Positions 40,407 through 50,511 of a stretch of DNA of 64,000 bases are shown piece after piece (the stretch's first letter is position 1; each line of letters opens with the position of its first letter). The stretch is from Nitrospirota bacterium (GTDB lineage Bacteria; Nitrospirota; Thermodesulfovibrionia; Thermodesulfovibrionales; Dissulfurispiraceae). Under the pieces are notes generated by a model that was not told where the DNA came from, searched no databases, and was given only the letters and a program-made list of their open reading frames with translations. The position numbers and the translations under genes were made by a program. The DNA is taken from the NCBI GenBank assembly GCA_963710375.1, contig CAVPZX010000008.1:192001-256000 (forward strand), given 5' to 3'.

Positions 40407-41039
40407 CTATTTAGCTATTACAATCTCAACACGCCTGTTCTTCTGCCTGCCCTCTTCAGTGGCATTACTCGCCAACGGCCTGAATTCAGCGTATCCCGCT
40501 ATAGAATAGTTGGCGGGATCGATCCCCTTTTCGATAAAAAAGTGGAGCATGCTTGCAGCCCTCGCAGTGGACAACTCCCAGTTAGATGAATATTTGGAAC
40601 TTGAAATGGGCACATTGTCGGTATGCCCCTCAATGGCAATCTTTCCGGGGACGGTTGACAGCAACTTCGAAAGCTTTTCGAGCACGGCAAAAATTTCGGG
40701 CTTGAGCTCCGCAGACCCTGATGCAAAAAGCACGGAATCCGAAAATGTCACAACGACTCCTCGCGGCTCATTCCTTACGGTAATACCCTGGAGATCACCG
40801 GTCGCTTTCTTTATATCTTCCATAAGCACACTTTTTTGGGTGTCTATCTGTGGAATAGGCTTCTCGATTACCTTGAATGTCTGGTTTAAAGAGCCGGAGA
40901 ACTCCGCCATTTTTGCCTTATCGACCGAAGATAACGCATAAAGGGCGGCAAAAAAGGTAAACATCAATGTAATAAAATCAGCATAAGATATTAGCCACCG
41001 ATCAAGGTTTTCGGGCTCATCCTCATCTCTGCGCCTCAT
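40407..41039 (-). CDS. motD: Second stator B subunit (MotD/MotB-like)
   Basis: RWLISYADFITLM, EGHTDN, NWELSTARA, NRRVEI. Confidence 0.85.
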   Translation of the reverse strand: MRRRDEDEPENLDRWLISYADFITLMFTFFAALYALSSVDKAKMAEFSGSLNQTFKVIEKPIPQIDTQKSVLMEDIKKATGDLQGITVRNEPRGVVVTFSDSVLFASGSAELKPEIFAVLEKLSKLLSTVPGKIAIEGHTDNVPISSSKYSSNWELSTARAASMLHFFIEKGIDPANYSIAGYAEFRPLASNATEEGRQKNRRVEIVIAK

Positions 41040-41052
41040 ACTCACTCCTCAA

Positions 41053-41163
41053 AAAGTGAATGGTGAAAAGTGAATGGTGAATAAAAAACTTGGATGGTAA
41101 CATGTTAATATTGAACACATTTGCTTGTCTTTTTTCTTCACTTTTCACCATTCACTATTCACA
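41053..41163. repeat. Inverted heptamer microsatellite hairpin
   Basis: gtgaatg-gtgaaaa-gtgaatg-gtgaata ... ttcactt-ttcacca-ttcacta-ttcac. Confidence 0.75.
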
Positions 41164-41177
41164 TTCTTTTAAGCTAT

Positions 41178-41933
41178 TTATGTTTTTTCATGCTGTGCCA
41201 GGAATGCATTCAGGCGGGCCTTGAGGAAGTAAGGGTTTACTCCGGCTTCGACTCCAAGGACACCCTCCAGAATCAGTTCTTTTATAAATACCTCTTCTTT
41301 AAGCCTGTTAATTATTTTCCTGCCCAACGGCAGAAAAATAAGGTTTGCGGACCCGACACCGTAAATTGTTGCAACAAAAGCAACAGCAATCCCATCGCCT
41401 ATCTTCGATGGTTCGGTAACATTCCTCATGACCTGTATAAGACCTAATACTGCGCCAAGTATGCCGATGGTCGGCGCATAGCCCCCTGCTGATTCAAAGA
41501 CTTTTGCTGCCTTCTTGCAGGTGTTCTCATACGTATAAATCTCCTGGAAAAGTATGTCCTTGATCATAGCAGGGGGGATCCCATCGATGACAAGGTTCAA
41601 ACCTTTACGCAGGAAATCATTGTCGATACTTTTGACCTGTGACTCCAGGGAGAGCAGGCCCATCTTCCTGGCCTTGACGAGAAGACCCAGGATTTCCTCA
41701 ATGACTTCTGAGGACGACGACGACCTGGCGCCGAAGACCATGCCTAATGCTTTAACGGCATTAAACATGTCCCTGATAGAAGAACTTAAAAGGGTTGCCC
41801 CCAGGGTACCGCCGAAAACGATAATTGCTGCAGCTGTCTGCACAAGATGGGCGGCATTGCCGCCCTCAACCATGTTGCCGCCGACAACAGCACCTATACC
41901 GAGAAGAATCCCCACAAATGCGGCTATATCCAT
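41178..41933 (-). CDS. motC: Second stator A subunit (MotC/PomA-like)
   Basis: IVFGGT, GGYAPTIGILGAVLGLIQVM, AFVATIYGV, NP motif. Confidence 0.85.
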   Translation of the reverse strand: MDIAAFVGILLGIGAVVGGNMVEGGNAAHLVQTAAAIIVFGGTLGATLLSSSIRDMFNAVKALGMVFGARSSSSSEVIEEILGLLVKARKMGLLSLESQVKSIDNDFLRKGLNLVIDGIPPAMIKDILFQEIYTYENTCKKAAKVFESAGGYAPTIGILGAVLGLIQVMRNVTEPSKIGDGIAVAFVATIYGVGSANLIFLPLGRKIINRLKEEVFIKELILEGVLGVEAGVNPYFLKARLNAFLAQHEKT

Positions 41934-42018
41934 TTCACAATCTTTCTCCGTTCATGTTTAATAACCAAACCGATGTAATTATATACTATTTTGAAAAAAA
42001 TTTTTCCACACAAACAGC

Positions 42019-42047
42019 AAAAAACAGCAGAAAACATCTCTGCTGTT
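42019..42047 (-). terminator. Probable intrinsic terminator after fliS
   Basis: AACAGCAGA-loop-TCTGCTGTT followed by a T run on the minus strand. Confidence 0.5.
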
Positions 42048-42073
42048 CATGTCTTCAGCTTTTTGAGAGACTT

Positions 42074-42454
42074 TTAAACTTTGTTCCTGACCTCGACCCA
42101 GGCCTTCCTCAGGTTTTCGAGTAATCCGCTAATATGCATCAACTTGTCGGCGTCATAGTGGATATTTGCCAGTACAAGCTCTCTCATCATATAGTTATAA
42201 AGGTTGTGCAGGTTAACGGCGATTTCTCCTCCTGCCTCGAAATTCAGGCAGCGGTCGAGTTCAGTGATAATTGCCAACGTTCTTTTAATGTATTTAAGCT
42301 TTATCTGCAGGTTTTTAAGCTTGATGCCGGTAGCCGCTTTATTAAGATACTCAATGGCCCCATCGTACAGCATTATAATAGGGTCCAGAGGGTGGTCAAC
42401 CGATGCAACCTTGGCTTGTGAATATGAATTAAGGGCGTAAGCTGTATTGACCAT
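42074..42454 (-). CDS. fliS: Flagellin chaperone FliS
   Basis: MLYDGAI, GGEIAVNLHNLYNYM, LRKAW. Confidence 0.94.
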   Translation of the reverse strand: MVNTAYALNSYSQAKVASVDHPLDPIIMLYDGAIEYLNKAATGIKLKNLQIKLKYIKRTLAIITELDRCLNFEAGGEIAVNLHNLYNYMMRELVLANIHYDADKLMHISGLLENLRKAWVEVRNKV

Positions 42455-44334
42455 TATATTACGCTCGTATTTCTATCATTTTGAGCTGTCTCTTGCGTCA
42501 GATAATTGCTGATACTGGCGTCGTTCGAAACCGTATTCTCAAGATCGCTATATTCGGTAGTGAGTGACTGTTGTGTAAAAGCCAGCTGCTGCGCCAGGTC
42601 GGTCTCCTGGCCTTGCGCAAACGATATCTGACTATTCACGTTCTGTTCCTCAGCAGGGACCGCAACATTTATATATTCGTTCAGTGCCGATCCAAGCTGA
42701 TTCGCAAAATTGTTGATCATGTTAGTTATATCGCCTGCATTCGCAGAGGTATACGCTGAACTCAATGCTGACGCATCGAATGACATAACACCGTTTTTGT
42801 CTGTTGTAATGCCAATGGCGGCAAGATAGTTATTTTGGATGTTGCTGCTGGCGCCGTATTGCGTAGTAGGGACAGCCTGCAACTGCTGCTGCAGGTTGAG
42901 CAATTCCGAATCGCCGTTCAGATATCCCTGACCCTCTTGTTGCTGAGCGCTGGTAGTCTGAGAAGTAACGGGATTATAGAGTCCGTTTATAGTGGTCATC
43001 GCAGAGTTGTAAGCTGTAACCAGCGACCCTAATTCGTTTGCAAGCGAAGAGCTGTCGAGTGATACATTAACTTTTAAATTAGCCGAACCCGGGGTCGTTT
43101 CAGCCTGCAAGAGGTTCAAGGTGACGCCTGGAATTGCGTCCGTGATAGTATTGTTCGGCCGGTACAGCGTGACTCCATTCACCGCCAGTTTGGCATCCAG
43201 GCCGGCCTGAGTTTGTGTCATATTTGCTGTTCCGCCACTGGGATTTCCTGTTGAATCATATGAGGAGGGATTGAAAGCAAGCACCGAAAGACCGAATTTA
43301 TCCGTATCGCTGTAATTATTACTGCCTGCCTCATCCACCTTCACAGTAATCCTGTTTGCCGTGCCGGTTGAATCCGACGTCAACGCCAATTGATACGTAC
43401 CGTTAACAGCATTAGTTCCGGTAAGTGTGCCGCCGTTCGCCGCAATGGTAGGTGATTGGACCCCTGATTCAAAGCCTAACTGCTGAGGCGCCAAAGTGCT
43501 GCCTGCCCAGTTGATGGTTACATTATTGGCAGGATCGTTATTCTTTATCGTAAATGAATTCGTCGCAGTAGTCCCATAATCAGCCGAGAATGTGTTTGCA
43601 GGTATAGCTCCACCGCCGTTGCTGCTTTTTGCCGCATTCATTGCGCTCGCAATTTCGGCAGCCATATCGGTGCTGGAATAATTCCCGGCGGCCAATGTTG
43701 CGGTGTAATTATAATTGTTGTATGAAAAGGAGATAGTATTATTTGCGACAGTATTATCGCTTCCATCATTAATTACATAATTCGACGACACCTGCTCAAC
43801 CGATGCATTGACACCTATATTGGCATTGTTGATAGCGGTTGCAATGCCTGAAAGGGAGTTGTTACCAGAAGTTACTGCTATGGTGGCTGACTGAGAGCCG
43901 TTCGTTATCTGCAAATTCTCTGAAGGGGCATCAACAGTCAAATCCGCAACAGGACCGGTCTGTGACCCGAAACTAATGGAACTAATGCTCTGGGCGCTCG
44001 CAATATTGTCAATCTGTACAGGTGTAGAGCCCGTGGTAGGGGTGCCGGAGGCTGTTGCAGTAAAATAGCTGCTGTTCGACGAGGCAGCCGACAGGCCTGT
44101 AGTAGTACTTTGCATTGCCGTAACAGCGCTTTGCAAACCCGAGATACCTGAAAGCAGCGCTCCATACGCGCTGATCGTTGTTTGATAGCCCGTTACCTTA
44201 TTCTGTAAAGCAATCAGAGGCTGCTCGTCCACCTGCATAAGCTCGCTTACGATAGTGTTTACATCGATGTTTGATGCTCCACCCAACCCAAAGGCTTGCA
44301 AAAGACTTGATACATTGATCGGACTCGTTGACAT
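42454..44334 (-). CDS. fliD: Flagellar filament cap protein FliD
   Basis: N-terminal SNIDVNTIVSELM; DAKLAVNG..NNTITDAIPGVTLNL; IGITTDKNG; between flaG and fliS. Confidence 0.9.
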   Translation of the reverse strand: MSTSPINVSSLLQAFGLGGASNIDVNTIVSELMQVDEQPLIALQNKVTGYQTTISAYGALLSGISGLQSAVTAMQSTTTGLSAASSNSSYFTATASGTPTTGSTPVQIDNIASAQSISSISFGSQTGPVADLTVDAPSENLQITNGSQSATIAVTSGNNSLSGIATAINNANIGVNASVEQVSSNYVINDGSDNTVANNTISFSYNNYNYTATLAAGNYSSTDMAAEIASAMNAAKSSNGGGAIPANTFSADYGTTATNSFTIKNNDPANNVTINWAGSTLAPQQLGFESGVQSPTIAANGGTLTGTNAVNGTYQLALTSDSTGTANRITVKVDEAGSNNYSDTDKFGLSVLAFNPSSYDSTGNPSGGTANMTQTQAGLDAKLAVNGVTLYRPNNTITDAIPGVTLNLLQAETTPGSANLKVNVSLDSSSLANELGSLVTAYNSAMTTINGLYNPVTSQTTSAQQQEGQGYLNGDSELLNLQQQLQAVPTTQYGASSNIQNNYLAAIGITTDKNGVMSFDASALSSAYTSANAGDITNMINNFANQLGSALNEYINVAVPAEEQNVNSQISFAQGQETDLAQQLAFTQQSLTTEYSDLENTVSNDASISNYLTQETAQNDRNTSVI

Positions 44335-44412
44335 ATGAGCTCCTCCAAACAAATATACGAGTTTAAGGGAAAATGAGCAGATGAGTAAAAGGCGATCAGC
44401 TCATTTATTATT

Positions 44413-44439
44413 CTATCGGCATATGGAGATTAATCTTTA
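44413..44439 (-). promoter_or_regulatory. sigma28 (FliA) promoter for fliD-fliS
   Basis: TAAAGATT-N11-GCCGATAG. Confidence 0.85.
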
Positions 44440-44443
44440 GCGT

Positions 44444-44815
44444 TTAAACTGTTATATGGAATAAATTCTTGGTTACCTGTTTTAATTCTTTCATCATCTC
44501 TATATAATCTTCGGGCGGGTACTGGGCCACTACTTTACCGGTAGCATCATAAAAACGCACTACAACACCATTATGGTCGTCAAGAGCAAGACCGCCTACT
44601 ATACCTGTAGGTTCCAGGTTTGAAGATGCATTAGCTTTGCCCATGTCCTGATTCTGATTGGACAGTGGATTGTTCTTAGCCGTACTTGTTGCCTGATTGC
44701 TCGCAGTTGGGCTGTTATTTGCCTGATTGCCAACAGCCGGCCCGCTATTACCCTGCAAGTCACTCTGGCTTGTTATACCTGGCATATTTAATGTTGTTGC
44801 CGGATCTATTATCAT
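44444..44815 (-). CDS. flaG: FlaG-family protein
   Basis: VVVRFYDATGKVVAQYPPED motif; between fliC and fliD. Confidence 0.75.
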   Translation of the reverse strand: MIIDPATTLNMPGITSQSDLQGNSGPAVGNQANNSPTASNQATSTAKNNPLSNQNQDMGKANASSNLEPTGIVGGLALDDHNGVVVRFYDATGKVVAQYPPEDYIEMMKELKQVTKNLFHITV

Positions 44816-44895
44816 TCCACTTGCCTGTAATTATTATTGTATATTATACAACACAATACACCACAATGATAAATATGTCTTTACTCTTTTTTTAT

Positions 44896-44931
44896 CAGGG
44901 GTCCGTCCGCCGAGGCGGACGGACCGCCCTG
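44896..44931. terminator. GC-rich hairpin downstream of fliC (terminator or stabiliser)
   Basis: ggtccgtccgcc-ga-ggcggacggacc; no U tract on the fliC strand. Confidence 0.4.
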
Positions 44932-44988
44932 TGTTTATACTTTCAAGCAGTTCTTACACTACACTGCTTGCAGCTCAATCCCTACTTC

Positions 44989-46521
44989 TTACGTCTTCGG
45001 CAGCAGCGTGAGTATATACTGTGGAAGCGTATTAGCCTGGGCAAGCATTGATATACCGGCCTGCTCAGTAATCAGGGCTGTTGTCAGGTTACTGGTCGAA
45101 GCCGCGTAGTCAGCGTCCATAAACGTCAACCTTGCAGCGGTGATATTCGTACTATCGCTCTGAAGCTCCGAAATAGCAGAATTGAACCTGTTTACAACAG
45201 CGCCGAGATAAGCTTGCGAGTTGTTCATCGTGTTAATTCCCTGCTCAACTGCGAGAATTGCGAGGTTTGCGCCGCCAACTGTGTTGATGTTAATGTTATT
45301 AATTGACTGGCTGTTAGCGAGTGAGATACTGGTTGCGGTAGAAGCAAGACCTAATGCAAGGTCATCCGCAGTGGCACCCTGAGTAGGCGTACTAGTCGTG
45401 CCCAGAGGAGTGCTGAAAACGATCTGCCCGTTCTGACCTGCAGCTATGCTCGCGCCAGCTGTGCTGAATATATTATTCGCCAACCCTGTGCTACCGGCAT
45501 CTGCTGTGGCAACCGATACGGTGATTGCAGCTCCTGAGGTGTTGACCAGAGCAATACTGTAACCGCTGGCGACCGATGTATCAGCACTTCCAAGAAGAAT
45601 AGCGGTTACCCCTGTCTGTGTAGTATCGGTATTGATTGCCGTAACAAGAGCGGAGGCCTCAGCACCTGCATCTGTTGTCAATATCGACGCTGAACCGATT
45701 GTGATACCATTGATAGTCAAATAACCGGCGCTTAAAGAGGTAGCAGCGCCATCAGCTATTGCCGCTGTGCCAGCATATGAATTACCAAAAGAGAATGCTG
45801 TGACATTGGTCTGGCCTGTATACTGGTTTATACGGTTAATAACGGTAAGGCTGTCATTCAGCGTATTAGACTGCGCAATAGCAGCACCCAGACTCACACC
45901 TGCAATAGTTGCGGCAGCAGATAAACCGTTTCCACGGAGAGTCATTGCTGCAACGGCACATCCGATATTAGACTGGTTAGCAGCTGAATTGGTAAAATCC
46001 ACCCTGGATGACTGTACGCCAAAAGCGTTTGGGGCCACATTTGTGGTGGTTACATTTATTATCTGTCCGACCTCGTTGCCGGTCTGGAAGTTGGCGCTGA
46101 AGGCCTGGTTCAGGAACGTTGACCCGTTATACTCGGTCTGGGAAACAGTGCTGTTCAACTGGGCGATGAGCTGTTGAACTTCGTCGTTCATGTCGCCTCT
46201 GTCAGATGATGTGTTATAACTTGCGGACTGGTTTGAAAGTTCATAAATTCTCTGCAGGTTATTCGTCATTCCAGTCATGGCGCCTTCCGCGGTCTGTGCA
46301 AAATCAACGCCGTTATTCGCGTTATTCACATCCTGGGCGTAACCATTGATCTGCAGCTGCATTCTTGTTGCAATAGCAAGACCGGCAGCATCGTCTGATG
46401 CATTATTGATCTTCAGGCCTGTTGAAAGTTGTTGCATAGCCTGACTAAGAGGCTGCTGGGTTGTTGAAAGTGCGTTCCGTGCATTAAGTGCAAATAGATT
46501 TGTTGCAATCGTGAGAGCCAT
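44989..46521 (-). CDS. fliC: Flagellin
   Basis: LSTGLKINNASDDAAGLAI, QTAEGA, LGAVVNRF, DADYA, MLAQAN. Confidence 0.96.
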   Translation of the reverse strand: MALTIATNLFALNARNALSTTQQPLSQAMQQLSTGLKINNASDDAAGLAIATRMQLQINGYAQDVNNANNGVDFAQTAEGAMTGMTNNLQRIYELSNQSASYNTSSDRGDMNDEVQQLIAQLNSTVSQTEYNGSTFLNQAFSANFQTGNEVGQIINVTTTNVAPNAFGVQSSRVDFTNSAANQSNIGCAVAAMTLRGNGLSAAATIAGVSLGAAIAQSNTLNDSLTVINRINQYTGQTNVTAFSFGNSYAGTAAIADGAATSLSAGYLTINGITIGSASILTTDAGAEASALVTAINTDTTQTGVTAILLGSADTSVASGYSIALVNTSGAAITVSVATADAGSTGLANNIFSTAGASIAAGQNGQIVFSTPLGTTSTPTQGATADDLALGLASTATSISLANSQSINNININTVGGANLAILAVEQGINTMNNSQAYLGAVVNRFNSAISELQSDSTNITAARLTFMDADYAASTSNLTTALITEQAGISMLAQANTLPQYILTLLPKT

Positions 46522-46560
46522 TTTTTCCTCCTTGAAAAAATTGGTTTTTTTTTGCTATTT

Positions 46561-46575
46561 AGGGCATCCTGCCCT
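46561..46575 (-). promoter_or_regulatory. Candidate CsrA-binding hairpin in the fliC leader
   Basis: AGGGCA-GGA-TGCCCT stem-loop 40 nt upstream of the ATG; further AAGGA motifs at the SD and near 46626-46633. Confidence 0.6.
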
Positions 46576-46675
46576 TTGGCGATTCAGCGTACAGCGTTGT
46601 GCCGTAAAAAAAGTCTCTTACTCACCTCCTTGATTGGTTTGCACATAAACCGCATGCTTTTTTCGCTTGTCTATT

Positions 46676-46702
46676 TTATCGGAGGTTATTTTAAAAACTT
46701 TA
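46676..46702 (-). promoter_or_regulatory. sigma28 (FliA) promoter for fliC
   Basis: TAAAGTTT-N11-TCCGATAA. Confidence 0.85.
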
Positions 46703-46772
46703 ACAGGTGAAAAAAATATTCAGGGAGGGCCTGACTTTATAATAGAGATGCTTTCCGAATTACCTGTATTTC

Positions 46773-48777
46773 TTACACTTTCATCAAATCCCCTGCGTGA
46801 CGCAAGAAATCATCATCTTTGGGCAATTTACCTACCCACCTGGCAAAAAACTTAACCCTGTTCTTCCAATTCTCATCAGAGACATCTTCTCGAAAAAAAG
46901 TCTCTTTATAATTAAATGCAAGGCAACCAGACAGGTATCTGACAGGAATATTCAATTCTTTTGCCTTAAGGCATATATCCGGCTCAATAAGATGATTAGC
47001 TAACCCATCATCAAATTTACGAACAGATTCAAATATAGTTCTATGCATTCCGATCAATCCCCCGCCCACAGCCTCCTTATGATCGTTCAGCGTTAAGTCC
47101 TCTTTTATAAGGTACGGAGCAAAGTTAAAATCAAAACCTATGCCGAGACAATAGGGCGTCATGTCCCGGTTCTTTATCGGCACTCCAGCTATCCCGTCTT
47201 TCATGGCATTGTCTATCCCCTCGCCTTTAAAATAAACGAGGCCCGGCCTCATGAAGACCAGATATTCACCCGAAGATGCTTCAGCTCCGGTATTATAAAG
47301 ATGAGCAAGATTACCTTCAGCTTCGATAACTCTGACATCTCCTGAAATAGAGGAAAGCGTTTCCTTTATGGCTCTATCACTCGCCACAATTACAACTTCC
47401 CAATCCCTATGTTTCACATTTTGTGAAAGAGAGGTAAGAGTTGCGAGCAATGCCTCAGCATCACGCCCTGATGGGATAACAAAACTGACCCTGCCCTCAA
47501 CAAACTCCTTTCGGCCAATTCCAGCAGTTTTTTCTTTTTTTTGCCTGACTTCGAAAATATAACTTATAACGCCGGCAGCCCTTTCGACACTCCTGCCGTC
47601 GAGCTTGTAAAAATTCTCACTCAAGAATTCGCTTGTGCGGTTTTGTATGCCGGCCGGAACTCCATTCTCCATAGTGCTGATCAGGTTCGTCCAGTTGCCG
47701 ATAGGATAAACGGACTGGGCAATCCCTTCATTTACATAATAATCATCGCCCCCTGCGTCGGGATCGGGGACCGAAAACATGGGCTTGCCAAAAGCGACGG
47801 ACTCTATGGTAAGCGTAGTCTGCCCCAGAGTGACACAATAATCGGCAATGGCAATCAACCGGTAGGGATCGTATGATTGCATGATAACAGCAGAAGGGGC
47901 CAGTTCATTGATTATCTCTTTAATCTCGTCCGCGGTTTTTTTTGCTACATTCGGATGCCATTTAAAAATGCAGACTATATCCGTCTCTGTTCTTTCAGTT
48001 ACCTTCATTAAATTCTGCCATATCTCTTTTTCCTTGATGCCGGCAAATTTAATCCCTACCAGAAAAAGCACTACCTTCTTGTTTTCGGGGATGGCAAGAT
48101 CCCGCCTGATAGCTGTTCTCATTTCGGAATTCGCATACTCTTTGATAGCGGCATCGATATGAGTATTACCGATAGGAAACATCTTGTCCCTCGAACATGT
48201 GTATCCTGCCAACCGCTCTTTTGTCACCCTGCCCCAGAGCAGATCAGACTGTCGAATATTCCGTATGAACAGCATTGCCCATGGTGCGGGCATAATAATC
48301 GCCTTCCTGGAATGTGACAAAAGGAATCGCTTTCTTGAAGCATAGATGGCCCATTATCTTGCCCCAGCGTGAGCACTCGTGATGTGCAATAAACATGTCC
48401 GGCTTCTCTTCATCCATAAACATTTCCAGGCAAAAGTACTCTTCCACAGACTCTGCCAAAAGCCACGTTTGTTTACCCAAAGGCCATCGGCTATAACCCT
48501 GCCACTTGAAACAGTTGCCGGCCCACCCGTCGAACAATTCCCTCAAAGATGCGTTGACTTTATCCCTTATGTCCGGAGTCATATAATCAGAAAAGAATCT
48601 GTATTTCATTTTGCGCTTCATCATGTCAAGCTCATAAGGATATTCAGACAGCGGGGTAATAAACAGCAGTTCGCCGCCCTGCCTTTCTATTTCATTCTGC
48701 AGGGGGAGAAAAAATCTGGTATGTTGTGGAAGGGCTAGAAAACAAGCTATCCTTCTTCTTTTCATGTTCAGTGTCAT
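46773..48777 (-). CDS. Two-domain glycosyltransferase-like protein (GT-B-like N-terminus, GT2-like C-terminus), split by a +1 frameshift near 48248
   Basis: ORFs 48244-48777 and 46773-48320 join (HTEYST-ADLLWG); IGNTHID, KWHP, IESVAFGKP, DGRSVER; VSFVIP..YNTGAEASSGEYLVF. Confidence 0.7.
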
Positions 48778-49877
48778 TTCCTTAGAAGCGCCTTGATTAT
48801 GTCCGCCATGCCTTCTGTCTCTTGCTTTCTTTCATAAGCCGCCTTAAGCGAATGCGCCAGATCCCCGGGGCTATTTATAAAAGTAACCCCATCAACGTCA
48901 GGCATTTGTCCATTACGGGGATTATACACCCATGCCTCTTTTCCGTTTTGGGCCGCAAATTGGACCGGACCTATATAGGTAGGAGATATAATCACATCCG
49001 ATATCATAACGACGGGCACCAAACTCGCTGTTTCAACCAAAAAAAATCTGCACTTTATCTTTTTAATATCCTCGAAGAAGACCCCCTCTATTATTTTATC
49101 CTCCATCAGTTCACGAATGACAAACCCACGCTTGACTAATGAAAGCACCACGGGCAGCTTCGCAGCCGCGATAATCCTGAACACCTCTCTCAACTGGGGT
49201 CTGTACTTGGGATGATTATACACCACAATACCCAGTTCGGCCCGACTTATTTGTATCTCAGAATTATACATATTGTTCTTATAGGCATCTTCAATAGTGG
49301 ACAATGAATAGATGTCCATGTCATTTTCCAAAACCCGTATTTTCTCAGGCGCATTGCCCCTTTCTACATAAAAGTCCTTTTCGTATTCCTTCTTGACTAT
49401 AATGGCATCCAGCAACCGCGGCATAAGCTGATTACTTTCAAAAACAGGATAAACCTGATATCCTACCACTTTTATCCCCGCCTCCTTGGCGTTGAAAAGC
49501 AGTGTAGTATAAAAAACATCTGCATCGTCGGGAGTAGTTTCATCGTAGTTGATTACAGGGAATAAGACCATATCGGCATCCAGATTCGTGGCCCCTTCGA
49601 AGGCATAGCTGGATATATGGCCCCAGAAGTCGTCAAATGCCGCTGTCTTCCACAATTTCAAATCTGTGCCCGGCAGGACCATATCATATGTGTACCTCAC
49701 AAATATTTTAGAAAAGTCATTTCTGAGGTCATAGGTCACGGGCTGGAGTTTCCCTTCGATAAGCTTTATATGAAGATTGGGAGGAATAGCGCCGAGCTTT
49801 TTATGGATATCATCGTATACTTCTTTTGAAATCGTCATTAACTCCACGATAAAATTCTTTGAAAGGTCACTCAGCAT
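48774..49877 (-). CDS. Hypothetical protein, possibly a degenerate GT-B fold
   Basis: 367-aa ORF overlapping the next gene by 4 nt; SDVIISP..FAAQNGK resembles GT-B C-terminal lobes. Confidence 0.45.
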   Translation of the reverse strand: MLSDLSKNFIVELMTISKEVYDDIHKKLGAIPPNLHIKLIEGKLQPVTYDLRNDFSKIFVRYTYDMVLPGTDLKLWKTAAFDDFWGHISSYAFEGATNLDADMVLFPVINYDETTPDDADVFYTTLLFNAKEAGIKVVGYQVYPVFESNQLMPRLLDAIIVKKEYEKDFYVERGNAPEKIRVLENDMDIYSLSTIEDAYKNNMYNSEIQISRAELGIVVYNHPKYRPQLREVFRIIAAAKLPVVLSLVKRGFVIRELMEDKIIEGVFFEDIKKIKCRFFLVETASLVPVVMISDVIISPTYIGPVQFAAQNGKEAWVYNPRNGQMPDVDGVTFINSPGDLAHSLKAAYERKQETEGMADIIKALLRK

Positions 49878-49940
49878 CCAGCCTGATCCTTCCCATAATT
49901 GTAGAATAATCCCTGTCGCAAATCGGAAACAACAATTTTT

Positions 49941-50507
49941 TCATGAATCCGCCATATCATTTCTCAGGGTTTCTGCCTTGGTCATTACATCAAATGCCTT
50001 TTTAATCCTCTCGCTTCCCGTGGCCTTGCAAAGCTTCTGAACAATATCCCTGATTTTTGCATATTCAACAGAATACCTTGAAGCCATGGGGAGGAGAGTG
50101 CCGTAAATCTCATCCATGACGCCCTCATGGATATATTTATAATTGAACTGTTCGTTGTCCCCTTTATCCACAGACAGTAAATAATGGATTATCGTTTCGA
50201 GCATCTCGTCAAATCTTTTCATATCCAGCAAGAGCAAAGATTTAACAAACAGAAGATCTGCGTGCTCCTTCTTGACCGCAAGCCCTTCTTCAACATACCG
50301 CGCAGCATTTTCAAAGTCTCTGTTTTCGACAAGAAGGAATGCAAGAGTCGAGAGGATGCTCAAATATATATTATTTTTCTCGTTCTTTTCGTGATCGGGG
50401 ACCTGTGATAGCGCCATTGATAACGCCTCAATTGCAGCATCTTTCTGCCCAAGTTTCAAATATGACAGGGCGAAATCATAATTGGCCTTGTACGGTTTCT
50501 CGCTCAT
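49941..50507 (-). CDS. TPR-repeat protein
   Basis: YDFALSYLKLGQKDAAIEAL and FENAARYVEEGL helical repeats. Confidence 0.65.
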   Translation of the reverse strand: MSEKPYKANYDFALSYLKLGQKDAAIEALSMALSQVPDHEKNEKNNIYLSILSTLAFLLVENRDFENAARYVEEGLAVKKEHADLLFVKSLLLLDMKRFDEMLETIIHYLLSVDKGDNEQFNYKYIHEGVMDEIYGTLLPMASRYSVEYAKIRDIVQKLCKATGSERIKKAFDVMTKAETLRNDMADS

Positions 50508-50511
50508 GGAT

